A stretch of 64,000 nucleotides of DNA from Mobula hypostoma (lineage: Eukaryota). Below the pieces are notes generated by a model, which saw only the letters and a program-made list of their open reading frames with translations, made no database searches and was not told the DNA's origin. Positions within the stretch are counted from its first letter, which is position 1. Each line of letters begins with the position of its first letter. Where the stretch lies: NCBI RefSeq assembly GCF_963921235.1, contig NC_086108.1:76076001-76140000 (forward strand), given 5' to 3'. This document shows, piece after piece, positions 48,968 to 61,331 of this stretch. The translations under genes and the position numbers were made by a program.

Positions 48968-51900
48968 ATGCCTACACCGAAGAAGTTTAGATCCTCTCTT
49001 CGACGGGAGTTCAGTGAAACCATCTCTCACTGCTCCCCATCTGTAATTTCTTCGGCCCTTCAACTTTTCGACCACACTTTGACTCAAACTCGCTATCACA
49101 GCCATGTATCCTTTCTTGGAACGTGCCTCCGTCGCCAACTTACTCCAGTTGGCTTTAGGATTCGTTTCCAAGCCTCTCAATTTGGACCTTCTGAGGATCC
49201 CAGGTACTCACATTTTATTGACTCTGCCTCTCGCCGCTTCTCCTGTCAAGCTCTGAAGGCGACTCTCTCCGCCATGAGAAGGTACTTGGTGTCCCTATCC
49301 CAGACCCTTCCACACCTTCGGGACACTTTCTTCACCGTCTGTAATGGTCCTACCCGTTATTTCATCCTCCGTCAGATCCACGCCTGCAATCGCCATTTTT
49401 TTGACTTTGTCATGTTAGGCAAAGATCGCAAGATCTTACATCTACGGACTCCAGAGCCTGCCGGCCCCGACGCTAGCAGGCATGAACTTTCAATTGCGGC
49501 CACTGCCATTGATCTCGGCGGCTCCAACACCTCAGGACATATTCAAAACCCGGACTCCAGCAACGACCATGGACACATTCACAGCGATTACGCAACCACC
49601 AACTGCGACTCCAGCCTTGAACTCCGGGCCGGGTCTTTATGTGCTGCTGTTGTGACTCCCGTCTCCCCTTCCCCAACCACCACTCCGCAGCCCCGTCTAC
49701 CTCAGATCCCACCGTCAGCTCCTGGGCCCTCAGAGGCTCCATCTTCCTCTCACCCCAACCCTCCCCTCTCCATTGACACCCCCAGCCTCCCCCCTCCCCC
49801 CTCTGATCCCAGCTCTCATCCGTGCCGGGTCTTTACCATCCCCTCCGACCTTCAACTGTCGGAGGCAGAACGCTCTGTTCTCAGTAAGGGCCTCACGTTT
49901 GTCCCCCTTCGCCCACACCTCAGCGAGTTCCGTGTTCGCCACGATGCGGAACTTTTCTTCTGCCGTCTCCGTCTCCGAGCCTACTTCTTCGGCAAGGACT
50001 CTTCCACCCCCACCGATGACCCCTTCTCCCGTCTTCAACCCTCCTCTTCTTCATGGACACCCCGCTCTGGTCTTCTGCCTGCTCTGGATCTCTTTATTGC
50101 CAACTGCCGACGGGACATCAACCGTCTCGACTTCACCGCACCTTGTCCCCATTCCAACCTCACTCCTTCGGAACGCTCTGCTCTCCACTCCCTCCGCACT
50201 AATCCTAACATTATTATTAAACCCGCCGATAAGGGGGGTGCTGTTGTAGTCTGGCGTACTGACCTCTACCTTGCCGAGGCACAGCGACAACTCGCGGATA
50301 CCTCCTCTTATTTACCCCTCGATCGTGACCCCACTAAGGAGCACCAGGCCATTGTCTCCCACACTATCAACGACTTTATCCGCTCAGGGGATCGCCCATC
50401 CACTGCTACCAACCTTATAGTTCCCACACCCCGCACTTCCCGTTTCTATCTCCTACCCAAGATCCACAAACCTGTCTGTCCTGGCCGACCCATTGTCTCA
50501 GCTTGCTCCTGCCCCACCGAACTCGTTTCTGCATACCTCGACACTGTTTTATCACCCCTTGTTCAATCCCTTCCGACCTATGTTCGTGATACTTCTCACG
50601 CTCTTAAACTTTTCGATGATTTTAAGTTCCCTGGCCCCCACCGCTTTATTTTCACCATGGATGTCCAGTCCCTATATACTTCCATCCCCCATCGGGAAGG
50701 TCTCAAAGCTCTACGCTTCTTTTTGGATTCCAGACCTAATCAGTTCCCCTCTACCACCACTCTGCTCCGTCTAGCAGAATTAGTCCTTACTCTTAATAAT
50801 TTCTCCTTTTGCTCCTCCCATTTCCTCCAAACTAAAGGTGTAGCTATGGGCACCCGTATGGGTCCTAGCTATGCCTGCCTTTTTGTTGGGTTTGTGGAAC
50901 AATCTATGTTCCGTGCCTATTCTGGTATCTGTCCCCCACTTTTCCTTCGCTACATCGACGACTGCATTGGCGCTGCTTCCTGCACGCATGCAGAACTCGT
51001 TGACTTTATTAACTTTGCCTCCAACTTTCACCCTGCCCTCAAGTTTACCTGGTCCATTTCCGACACCTCCCTCCCCTTTCTAGATCTTTCTGTCTCTGTC
51101 TCTGGAGACAGCTTATCCACTGATGTCTACTATAAGCCTACTGACTCTCACAGCTATCTTGACTATTCCTCTTCTCACCCTGTCTCTTGCAAAAACGCCA
51201 TCCCCTTCTCGCAATTCCTCCGTCTCCGTTGCATCTGCTCTCAGGATGAGGCTTTTCATTCTAGGACGAGGGAGATGTCTTCATTTTTTAAAGAAAGGGG
51301 CTTCCCTTCCTCCACTATCAACTCTGCTCTTAAACGCATCTCCCTCATTTCACGTACATCTGCTCTCACTCCATCCTCCCACCACCCCACTAGGAATAGG
51401 GTTCCCCTGGTCCTCACCTACCACCCCACCAGCCTCGGGGTCCAACATATTATTCTCCGTAACTTCCGCCACCTCCAACGGGATCCCACCACTAAGCACA
51501 TCTTTCCCTCCCCCCCCCTCTGCATTCCGCAGGGATCGCTCCCTACACAACTCCCTTGTCCATTCATCCCCCCCATCCCTCCCCACTGATCTCCCTCCTG
51601 GCACTTATCCGTGTAAGCGGAACAAGTGCTACACATGCCCTTACACTTCCTCCCTTACCACCATTCAGGGCCCCAAACAGTCCTTCCAGGTGAGGCATCA
51701 CTTCACCTGTGAGTCGACTGGGATGATATACTGCGTCCGGTGCTCCCGATGTGGCCTTTTATATATTGGTGAGACCCGACGCAGACTGGGAGACCGCTTT
51801 GCTGAACATCTACGCTCTGTCCGCCAGAGAAAGCAGGATCTCCCAGTGGCCACACATTTTAATTCCACATCCCATTCCCATTCTGACATGTCTATCCACG

Positions 51901-52016
51901 GCCTCCTCTACTGTAAAGATGAAGCCACACTCAGGTTGGAGGAACAACACCTTATATTCCGTCTGGGTAGCCTCCAACCTGATGGCATGAACATTGACTT
52001 CTCTAACTTCCGCTAG
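48968..52016 (+). pseudogene. Penelope RT/GIY-YIG polyprotein (~1016 aa if one 2-nt deletion is restored)
   Basis: ATG at 48968; KPADKGG, LPKIHK, GRPIVS, MDVQSLYTSI, GVAMGTRMGP, RYIDD, IYCVRC..YIGET; single frameshift in the C/CT run at ~51506-51521. Confidence 0.92.
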
Positions 52017-52311
52017 GCCCCACCTCCCCCTCGTACCCCATCTGTTACTCATTTTTATGCACACATTCTTTCTCTCACTCTCCTTTTTCTCCCTCTGTCC
52101 CTCTGAATATACCTCTTGCCCATCCTCTGGGTCACCCCCCTCCCCCCGTCTCTCTTCCCGGACCTCCTGTCCCATGATCCTCTCGTATCCCCTTTTGCCT
52201 ATCACCTGTCCAGCTCTCGGCTCTATCCCTCCCCCTCCTGTCTTCTCCTATCATTTTGCATCTCCCCCTCCCCCTCCAGCTTTCAAATCCCTTACTCACT
52301 CTTCCTTCAGT

Positions 52312-52349
52312 TAGTCCTGACGAAGGGTCTCGGCCTGAAACGTCGACTG
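52312..52349 (+). ncRNA. Minimal type I hammerhead ribozyme, 3' repeat
   Basis: Identical to 48797-48834; predicted cut after 52344. Confidence 0.82.
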
Positions 52350-52449
52350 CGCCTCTTCCTATAGATGCTGCTTGGCCTGCTGCGTTCACCAGCAACTTTG
52401 ATGTGTGTTGCTAGTAATTTTTAATGGTTGTTGATTAGTTTTGTTATTT

Positions 52450-53130
52450 TTCAAACGTAAGGGGAAAGTATACAGTTAATGCAGGACCTTTGACAGCATT
52501 GCTGTACAGAAAGATCTTGGAGTCTTAAGTCCCTAGCTCCCTGGAAGTGGCCACACAAGTAGATGGGATGGTAAACAAGGTGTATGGCAGGCTTTCTTTC
52601 ATCGGTTGGGGCGCCGAGTATAAGAGGAAGGAAATCATGCTTACTTATTTTGTTGTTGAGATACAGCACGGAATGGGCTCTTCCAGCTCTTTGAACTGCG
52701 CAACCCAGCAGGTCCCAATTTAACCCTAGCTTAATCACTGGGCAGTTGCAGCTATATAAAACTTTGTTTAGGCTGCACTTTGAGCATTGTGTGCAATTCT
52801 GCTTGCCCCATTACAGGGAGGATGTGGAAGGTTTAGAAAGAGAGTAAGAAAGATTTACCAGGATGCTTCCTGGATTAGCTGGCACACAGTAATGTTAATT
52901 ACTCAGACGGGTACTTAAAGTGACATGAGGAAGGTTAAAAGAGATGCATGAGACAGGTTTTTTATACTGAGAGTGGTGGGTGCTTGGAATGAGCTGCCAA
53001 GGGTAATGTCTGTGCAGTGAATAGTGAATGTGGATCATGTACAAGCAGAATAGATGTGGTTTAAATTGACATCATGTTCAGTGCAGACATTGTGTTCTGA
53101 AAGGCCTGTTCCTGTTCTCTACTGTTTTTT
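52450..53130 (+). mobile_element. CR1 3' fragment, degraded
   Basis: Remnants resembling LEHCVQF..PHYREDV and FILRVVGAWNELP. Confidence 0.7.
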
Positions 53131-53180
53131 TCGTTCTATCTTCTCAAATTTCTTCTCGCTATTTCTACAGGTACACAAAA

Positions 53181-53279
53181 ATGGCTACAGGAGCAGATGT
53201 TCGTGATATCCTGGAGCTGGGTGGTGGTGATTCGGAAAACACACCAATCAGTAAAAAAGATATTATCAACTCAGATAAG
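53181..53279 (+). CDS. DMAP1: DNA methyltransferase 1-associated protein 1, first coding exon (exon 53171-53279)
   Basis: MATGADVRDILELGGGDSENTPISKKDIINSDK matches the vertebrate DMAP1 N-terminus; acceptor ctacag| at 53170, donor AAG|GT at 53280, phase 0. Confidence 0.96.
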
Positions 53280-54234
53280 GTACAACTGGCTTAGTTTAGC
53301 ATTTAATACTTGTACTATTGATGTTAGTTATCCATATTATCAGTTGCTGATTGCCCAATGACTGACATTCATTTTGATTACATCTTCACTAAGTGTAGAT
53401 AGCAAGGAGCCAAAATACAAAATGTAAAAATGAGAGGAAGCTGCCAAGAAAATTTGCACTTTTAGCTCCTTTACGATTGAAACAGCCATGTAAGGTTCTG
53501 TAATTTAATCGCTATAGATTGAAGAGTTTCTCAATATTTTTCAAGATCACCGCACTCCCAAGGGAAGCTTGTTGGAGATAAAGGCACAATATTGCAGTGA
53601 GGAGCATCAAGAAAAGTTGAGAAGCAATGTTGCAGCCTTATTGATACTGGTCTTTTCTGAGATTGGCTCTTTTGAAGATCCTTTGATTAGGATCATGGTA
53701 TACATTCTATTGAAATGCAAATATAAAATGGGAAAGAATTACTGCTGACAGTCACTTTGGAGGAGGTTATATTACAGTCCCGAGTCGATGGAGTCAAATG
53801 CTCTAAAGAGAAAGTGAACTGGCTGGTACTGCTCTTTGAATCTTTATTTGGAATTATAGTGGTGAAGCTCATGTACACTATTTAAAAGGATAGAATCCAT
53901 TCTATCCTTATCAGCTACTGGGATGAGACAGCTGGGAGATGAAGATTTTCTATGTGGCAGATAATTCTTTTGTTACTACAGTTATCTTGCCTCCATTCTT
54001 GAGGTTGACTGCGATTATGCCGTTTTTCAGGTGTGCGTGATGAGATAAGATTTGTGACTGAAGTTTTTTTTCCTTCAATCTTTAGAATTTCAGTGATGTT
54101 ACAGATTGCCTCATGGTCCTTGAGGAATCCTTGATCGTTTTTGAATCTCAGTGCAGTAAATTTCATCACCACTGTTTACTTTTGCCAAGACTCCTAAGAT
54201 AGGGTTTGGGCAAACTTGAATTGTTGTGGAGGTG

Positions 54235-54520
54235 AGGGGAGATCTGAGAGGTTTACAGGATTGAGAGGCGTAGATAGAATAGACAGCCAGAGTCTTTTAT
54301 CCCAAGTTTGAAATGTCAAATACGAGGGCATGTGTTTAAGGTAAGAGATATGCGGGGCAAGTTTTTGATACAGAGTGGTGGGCTCCTGAAATGAGCTGCC
54401 TGGGGTGGTAGTAGAAGCAAATATGACAGATTCAAAAAGGCTCTTAGATCGGCATATCAGTATGTAGAAAATGGAAGGATGTGGGCAGAAGGGTTTAGTT
54501 GGACATTTGCTTAATTAAAT
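54235..54520 (+). mobile_element. CR1 3' fragment, degraded
   Basis: Remnant QRVVGS*NELPGVVVEA. Confidence 0.6.
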
Positions 54521-55589
54521 TAGGTTTCTGTGAAGGAGTTCTGTTCATATAGAACGTAGAGTAGTTCTATATGCCCGTATAGAGCTGTTCTGCATTCTTT
54601 ATGAAAAATGGTCTTTGTTTCCCATGATCTTGCCTGTTTGGCCAGAGATGGCTTTGATAGCACGGAAGAACCAGTGCATGTCATGGCTGTCAGTGAGTCA
54701 CTGAGCCTCCTGCGTTTTCTCCATCTAGGTTAACAATTTTAACTCCTGTGTTTTCAGCTGGACCTCTGTGTTTAGGTGCAAAAGTTCTTTCTTTTCCCTT
54801 GAAGACAAGTGAAGCTTTCCTTATGTTTGTGGTTAATAAGCTCTTTGATTTACTATTTACATCAAAGCTTAGTAGGAAAACCAAATATATTGACTTCAAG
54901 GAAACACATAATTAGTGGGCATTCTGGTGTCTGGGCTGGGTCTGAAAAACAATTACCATTGTGGTTTTTACAGCTTTGACATAGATCTTCTGGAATAATA
55001 CTTGTAATTGAAGCTGCTGTTTTGGGCCATATTGATGGTCACAGTCGGGCAGATTAGACAGCATTCAGTTCAACAGTCACCAATATTTGTTAAGATCAGG
55101 ATAATGCAAACATTTTTATGATCCTTCACTTGAACAATGACAAAGTCTAGCAGGCGCCAGAATTTAAACTGGGGTTGTTACCCTGTGGTTTTGTGCTGGC
55201 CCATTGCTAAGTCAGGGTTTGCTATGGTTAATTTATCATAAGGATTCCACTGGAGAAAGCCTTCCCTATTTCTTTTTGTCAGAGGGTTGCCTTTGAGGCA
55301 TTACAGCCTCTCAGGAGGATCAGTTTGTGTGCCTTTTGGAGGAGGATTTAGATTTTCCACCCAAGTTCAAAGTCCTCCTGAGGCTTCCTGAGTTGGCTCA
55401 TTGAACTGATGATTGTAGCTGTTGTTTCTGTTTTAGACCAAGCTGAAGGCATCTGGTATTTCTAAAGAAGAATCCTCTGAGGTGCTGGAGTAGCTAATTA
55501 TTGATAGCAAAGCTCACTTTGTGAAGACAGATTTTCATTTCCAGAATGTGTATCTGACTCCTTTGACTCTAGTTTCTCAGTCAGTGTGA

Positions 55590-56370
55590 TGATATCAATA
55601 GTGAAGCAGCTTACAGAGAAGAAGTCGTCACCCTGACACAGTGGTATCAAGAAAACAACCTCCCTCAATGTTGCAAAAACAAAGGAGCTGGTTGTGGATT
55701 ACAGGAGGAATGGAGAAGATCTAACCCCTGTTGACATCAATGGATCTGGGGTTGAGAGGGTGAACAGCTTTAAATTCCTTGGCATACACATCACTGAGGA
55801 TCTCACGTGGTCTATACATACTGGCTGTGTGGTGAAAAAGACAGAACATCGCCTCTGTCACCTCAGACAGTTGAAGTTTGGTATTAGCCCCCATATCCTA
55901 CGAACTTTCTACGGAGCACAATTGAGAGCGTCCTGACTTGTTGCATCACTGCTTGGTATGGGAACTGTACTTCCCTTAATTGCAGGACTCTGCAGAGAGT
56001 GGTGCAGATAGCCCAGCGCATCTGTGGATGTGAACTTCCCACTACTCAGGTTATTTACAAAGACAGGTGTGTAAACAGGGCCCGAAGGATCACTGGGGAC
56101 CTGAGTCACCCCAACCACAAATTGTTTCAGCTGCTACCATTCGGGAAACGATACTGCAGCATAAAAGCAAGGACCAACAAGCTCTGGGACAGCTTCTTCC
56201 ACTGGGCCGTCAGACTGATTAATTCATGCTGACACAACTGTATTTCTGAAATATTGTACATACTATTTATTATAAATTGCACATTGCATATTTAGACAGA
56301 TGTAATGTAAAGTATTTACTCATGTATATGAAGGATGTAAGTAATAAAGTCAGTTCAATTCAATTCAATC
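55590..56370 (+). mobile_element. Rex1/Babar 3' fragment
   Basis: KTKELVVDYRR..FKFLGIHITEDLTWS..SHPNHKLFQLLP; (TTCAA)n tail. Confidence 0.85.
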
Positions 56371-56641
56371 AAAAGACCATAGGTTATGATTGCATGGCAT
56401 TGTTCAGTTATGCTTGGATTGTTTATAATGTTCCTGGAATTCCAGGTCCTAAACATATTGGAAGTATAAGATATTCTTGGATTACTTTTAATGTTGGGGT
56501 GCTGTTGCATAGTAGCTATCACTAGGACTTGATAGAGCCAAGATAATTGGTCCTGTGGCAAAGGAGACCAGGACAGTTAGAGGTCAGACAGTGTTAAATG
56601 GGTATTGACACTTAGACATTGTGCTTACTTGCTCAATAATG

Positions 56642-56721
56642 CAGGGCTTCTCAACCTTGGGTCCATGGTTCTGTCGGTTAATGGTTGGGGTCCATGGCAT
56701 AAAAAAGGTTGGGAACCCCTG
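56642..56721. mobile_element. 80-bp hAT-type MITE
   Basis: TIRs CAGGGCTTCTCAACC / GGTTGGGAACCCCTG; imperfect 8-bp TSD CAATAATG/CTCTAATG. Confidence 0.7.
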
Positions 56722-57047
56722 CTCTAATGGGATATCAAAGTCATGTAAAATTTTGTTTTTTGCAAAATTCTTGTGCATGTTTGGGAAACATCAGTGAATA
56801 ATTATTCACTCCCAGTTCTTAGATTATTAGTGCCATTTATCAATCTCTGATAATTAGTCTGACTCGGGTCAGTTCATTCGACATGGATTTACAATTAAAA
56901 GTATGTTGTAGCTAACCAATGTTAAATCCACACAGCCATCAAAAAAGTAATGAAATATTTCTTTAATTGAAACTAAGTAACTCTCAATGTAATTGGAAGA
57001 ATATTTTTAAATATTTTAGGGTGAAAATAAAGTAAAATCAAAAGTAC

Positions 57048-60000
57048 CTTTTTTCTTTCTTTTCTTTCTTAATCTTTTTATTAGTTTTCAATTTCATAAA
57101 CATAATAACAATAGTGATACAAAGAGATTGGAATTACATTATTGGTAATAAACATATACAAGAGAAACTACAAATTGTACAAGTGTAATAGACTTTCAAA
57201 TTCATAATATAATTAATCACGAAGAGAAAAGAAATAAAAAAAGGATATCACAAAGAAAAACCCCAAAAAACAAAAACAAAACTTTAAAAAAAGCTAAATT
57301 ACTAAACCCCCCCAAAAAAACCCAAACAGAACAAAACAGGGCTGAACCAATATATTAGATGGAATACGTTCATTAATGTCGTCAACTCCGCTCCTCTATT
57401 CATATATTCTAATTTAATAAAAAGGATTCAGAAAAGGTCAAATTACATCATATGAAAATGTTGAATAAATGGCTTCCAAGTCTCTTCAAATTTAACTGAA
57501 GGATCAAAAATGACACTTCTGATTTTTTCTAAATTTAAACATGATATAGTTTGGGAAAACCATTGAAATGTAGTAGGGGGATTGGTCTCTTTCCAATTCA
57601 ATAAAATGGGTCTCTTGGCCATTAATGTAACAAATGCGATTATCCGACAAGCTGAAGAGGATAAAGCACTATGTTCCATCATTGGCAAACCAAAAATAGG
57701 ATGGGGTTGTAAATCAAAGCGCTAAACTGTTGAAATGATATCAAAGATATCTTTCTAAAATTTTTCCAAAAGAGTGCAGGACCAGAACATACGAATCAAA
57801 GAAGCCACCTCAGAGTGACATCTATCACAAATAGGATTTGTATGGGAGTAAAAACGCGCTAGTTTATCTTTAGGTATGTGGGCCCTATGTACTACCTTAA
57901 ATTGTATTAGCATATGTTTAGCACATATTAGATTATGAGAACACTCCTCGTTTATTGTCATTTAGAAATGCATGCATGCATTAAGAAATGATACAATGTT
58001 CCTTCAGAGTGATATCACAGAAAAACAGGACAAACCAAAGACTAACACCGACAGAACCACATAATTATAACATATAGTTACAGCAGTGCAAAACAATACC
58101 ATAATTTGATGAAGAGCAGACCATGGGCACGGTTAAAAAAAAAATCTCTAAGTCCCGGTCGACTCCCGAGTCCCTGATAGCAGGCGGCAAAAGGGAGAAA
58201 CTCCCTGCCATAAACCTCGAGGCACCGACAACTGCCGATGCATTGGAAGCACCCGACAACAGCCGACACTGAGTCCATCCATCCAAAAACTTCGAGCCTC
58301 CAACCAGCCCCTCTGATACAGCCTCCCGAGTGCCATCCTCTGCCGAGTGCCTTCTACCTCGCCCCGGCCGCCAAAACAAGCAAAACCAAGGATTCGGGGC
58401 TGTCTCCGGAGATTCCGGACCACACAGTAGCAGCAGCAGCGAAGTGGGCATTTCAGAAGTTTCTCCAGTTGTTCCTCCATACTCTCATGTCTGTCTCCAT
58501 CAAATCAGAATTGTGCACGGTACCCTAGCTGACAGATTACAGATATCATTCACCGGAGTGGCCGTGCACGCTGCGTCGCACCGCCATCTTCTCCTCCTCC
58601 AACATATAGAGGAAGAGCTAACTAATTGAAAAATTTTCTCCCATTTCTGTATAGGTAAGTGAAGTTGAAGTTCCCTTTCCCATTCATTTTTTATTTTATC
58701 AAATATATCTGGCTGTATTTTCATAATTATATCATAAATAGTTGCTATTAATCCCTTCTGATAAAGAAATAAACCTAAAATTTTTTTCATGATATCAGTT
58801 GAGTATGAAATCAGAAATGTTGGCAGCATGGTATTTAAAAAGTTTCTTATTTGTAAATATCTTAAAAAAAAAAGGGGGATCTGGGCAAGTTATATTTATT
58901 AGACAACTGTTCAAAAGACGTGAAACAGTTATTCAAAAATAAATCACGAAAACATGTTATACCTTTCATTTTCCATATCAAAAAGGCTTGATCCATAACA
59001 GAAGGTTGGAAAAAAAATTAGATATAATAGGGATAATATAAATTTGTTCTAACCAAAAAATTTACAAAAATGGAACCATATTCGTAACGTGTGTTTAATT
59101 ATTGGTTTAACCATTTGTTTATTCAATTTAGAAAACACAAAGGGGAGTGAAGATCCTAAAATAGAAACTAATGAAAACCCTTGTACAGAATAACTTTCGA
59201 GGTTTACCCATTGTGGACTTGGAATTATATCCCAATCTTGTGTCCAAAATACTAAATATCGGATATTAATTGCCCAGTAATAGAATCTTAAATTCGGTAA
59301 TGCTAAACCTCCATCTTTCTTGGACTTCTTTAAGTATTATTTACTTAACCTGGGATTTTTATTCTGCCATATGTAAGAGGAAATTTTAAAATCAATAGTA
59401 TCAAACAAAGATTTAGGAATAAAAATTGGTACCGATTGAAATAAATATAAAAATTTAGGTAGAATAATCATTTTAATAGCATTGATTCGGCCAATCAGTG
59501 ATAGAGACAATGGGGACCATTTAGTAAGCAATTGTTTAACCTGACTAATTAACGGTAAAAAATTGAGCTTGAATAAGTCCTTATCCCTCTTAGCAATTTT
59601 ATCCCCTAAATAAGTAAAATGGTCAGTAATCAATCTAAGTAGTAAACATCTATAAATGGGAGCCTGCATATTTAATGGAAAAAGTTCACTCTTGCTAAGA
59701 TTCAATTTGTAATCAGAAAAACTACTAAACTGAACAAGCAAAGATAATACTGCCGGAATGGATTTCTCAGGGTTAGAAATATATAATAGTAAATCATCTG
59801 CATATAGTGATAATTTATGCATCTCATTCCCACAGGTAATACTAAATATATTAGGAGAGTCACGAATGGCAATAGCTAACGGTTCCAGGGCAATATTGAA
59901 CAATAATGGGCTAAGAGGGCAACCCTGCCTAGTACCACAGAATAACTGAAAAAAGGGAGATCTTTGATTATTAGTAAAATCCAAAGCCAGAGGAGTAAGG

Positions 60001-60660
60001 TATATCAATTTAATCCAAGATATGAATATCAGACTAAAATTGAATTTCTCAAGTGTATTAAACAAATATGTCCATTCGACTCTATCAAAAGCTTTCTCAG
60101 CGTCCAATGAAATTATGCACTCTGGAGTTCTAGGTGAAAAAATATAAACAATATTCATTAATCTCCTAATATTAAAGAAGGAGTAACGATTTTTAATAAA
60201 TCCAGTTTGATCAACAGAAATAATTTGAGGCAATACATTCTCCAGTCTCATTGCCAATATTTTAGAAAAAATCTTAGAATCCACATTCAGCAAAGATATA
60301 GGCCTGTAAGATGCACACTCGGTAGGATCCTTATCTTTTTTAAGAATTAGGGAAATAGAAACTCGATAAAAAGATTGTGGTAATTTACCTATAGATACTG
60401 CATCCTTAAAAATTCTACAAACGTTTTTTACATAACCAAGGAGAAAGTATAGTAGAGAAGGATTTAAAAAATTCTACTGTATAACTGTCTGGACCAGGTG
60501 CTTTACCTGAATTTATCGAGGAAATAGCATTCTTTACTTCTTCTACCGTAATAGGTATGTCTAGTTTTAAATGTTCATTGGGTGGTAATTTTGGAATATT
60601 CAATTTCTTTAAAAATTCATGCATTATAGTGGAATCATCAGGAAATTCTGCTTGGTATAA
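57048..60660 (-). mobile_element. L1 LINE, 5'-truncated ORF2 with 3' UTR and A-rich tail
   Basis: GKAPGPD, SLDAEKAFDRV, GTRQGCPLSPLLF, YADD, C-terminal CDRC..MFWSC; T-rich end at ~57048-57080. Confidence 0.92.
57929..58601 (-). mobile_element. Unclassified non-autonomous retroelement inserted in L1
   Basis: 6-bp TSD ACATAT (57923-57928, 58602-58607); GC-rich; minus strand begins GGAGAAGATGGCGG and ends near AATAAA; no credible ORF. Confidence 0.65.
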
Positions 60661-60730
60661 ACTTTTTTATTTGAGATGGTGAAGGAAGAGATAAACTTCT
60701 GCATGCATAAATGTGTGGAAAATGAAAACC

Positions 60731-60920
60731 AACAAACTGCAGAGGCAGAAGTGTCTGCAGATGTTGGAAACTGAATTTAAAAAAAAAACAAAGCAAAATG
60801 CTGCAGAAAATAAAACAACTTGTAGAAATGCAGATACTCAGCAGGTGAGGCAGCATCTGTGGAATAGAAATAAGTGTTTGCATTTCAGGTGTTCCTGCTG
60901 AGTATTTCCAGCATTTTTGG
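60731..60920. repeat. Old Penelope-terminal-repeat-derived palindromic remnant
   Basis: ctgcagatgttggaa..aaatgc..tactcagcagg / cctgctgagtatttccagcattt arms, resembling 12947-13117. Confidence 0.5.
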
Positions 60921-61239
60921 GGGTTTTTTTTTGTGTTGAAAAGTCAGGAGAAGAGTAAGTTAGTAGAATGGACCTTGCCTTTGCACAAAATTGTTGAAAA
61001 TGATCATTTTAAAGTCCATTATAGATACTAACATACTGAATAAAATGGGCAGCTGGAACTTTACTGCACTTGCACATGAAATAATGTGAATAATTGGTGG
61101 TTGTAATTAATATTTATTTATTTCCTACTTTGTGATTAACTTATTTTCTGTACAGTTTTATTTCCTTTAGCAATCCCCCAGCCGTCACTGCATCCTGTAG
61201 TGCTGAAGGTAATTTAGAACAATTTTTTTTCTGTTTTAG

Positions 61240-61331
61240 AAAAAGTCAAAGAAATCAACAGAAACGCTCACTTTTAAGAGACCAGAGGGAATGCACAGAG
61301 AAGTTTATGCTCTCCTATATTCTGACAAAAA
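61240..61331 (+). CDS. DMAP1: DMAP1 second coding exon (92 nt)
   Basis: KKSKKSTETLTFKRPEGMHREVYALLYSDK in frame with the previous exon; ttttctgttttag| acceptor and AA|GTAAGT donor. Confidence 0.96.

Larger units (their letters stand above)
47953..52412 (+). mobile_element. Penelope-like retroelement (probably Neptune-type), near-intact partial-tandem copy
   Basis: ~945-bp direct repeats (47953-48897, 51467-52412) flanking a long RT plus GIY-YIG ORF; Cys-rich linker PCKRNKCYTC between RT and endonuclease. Confidence 0.95.
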
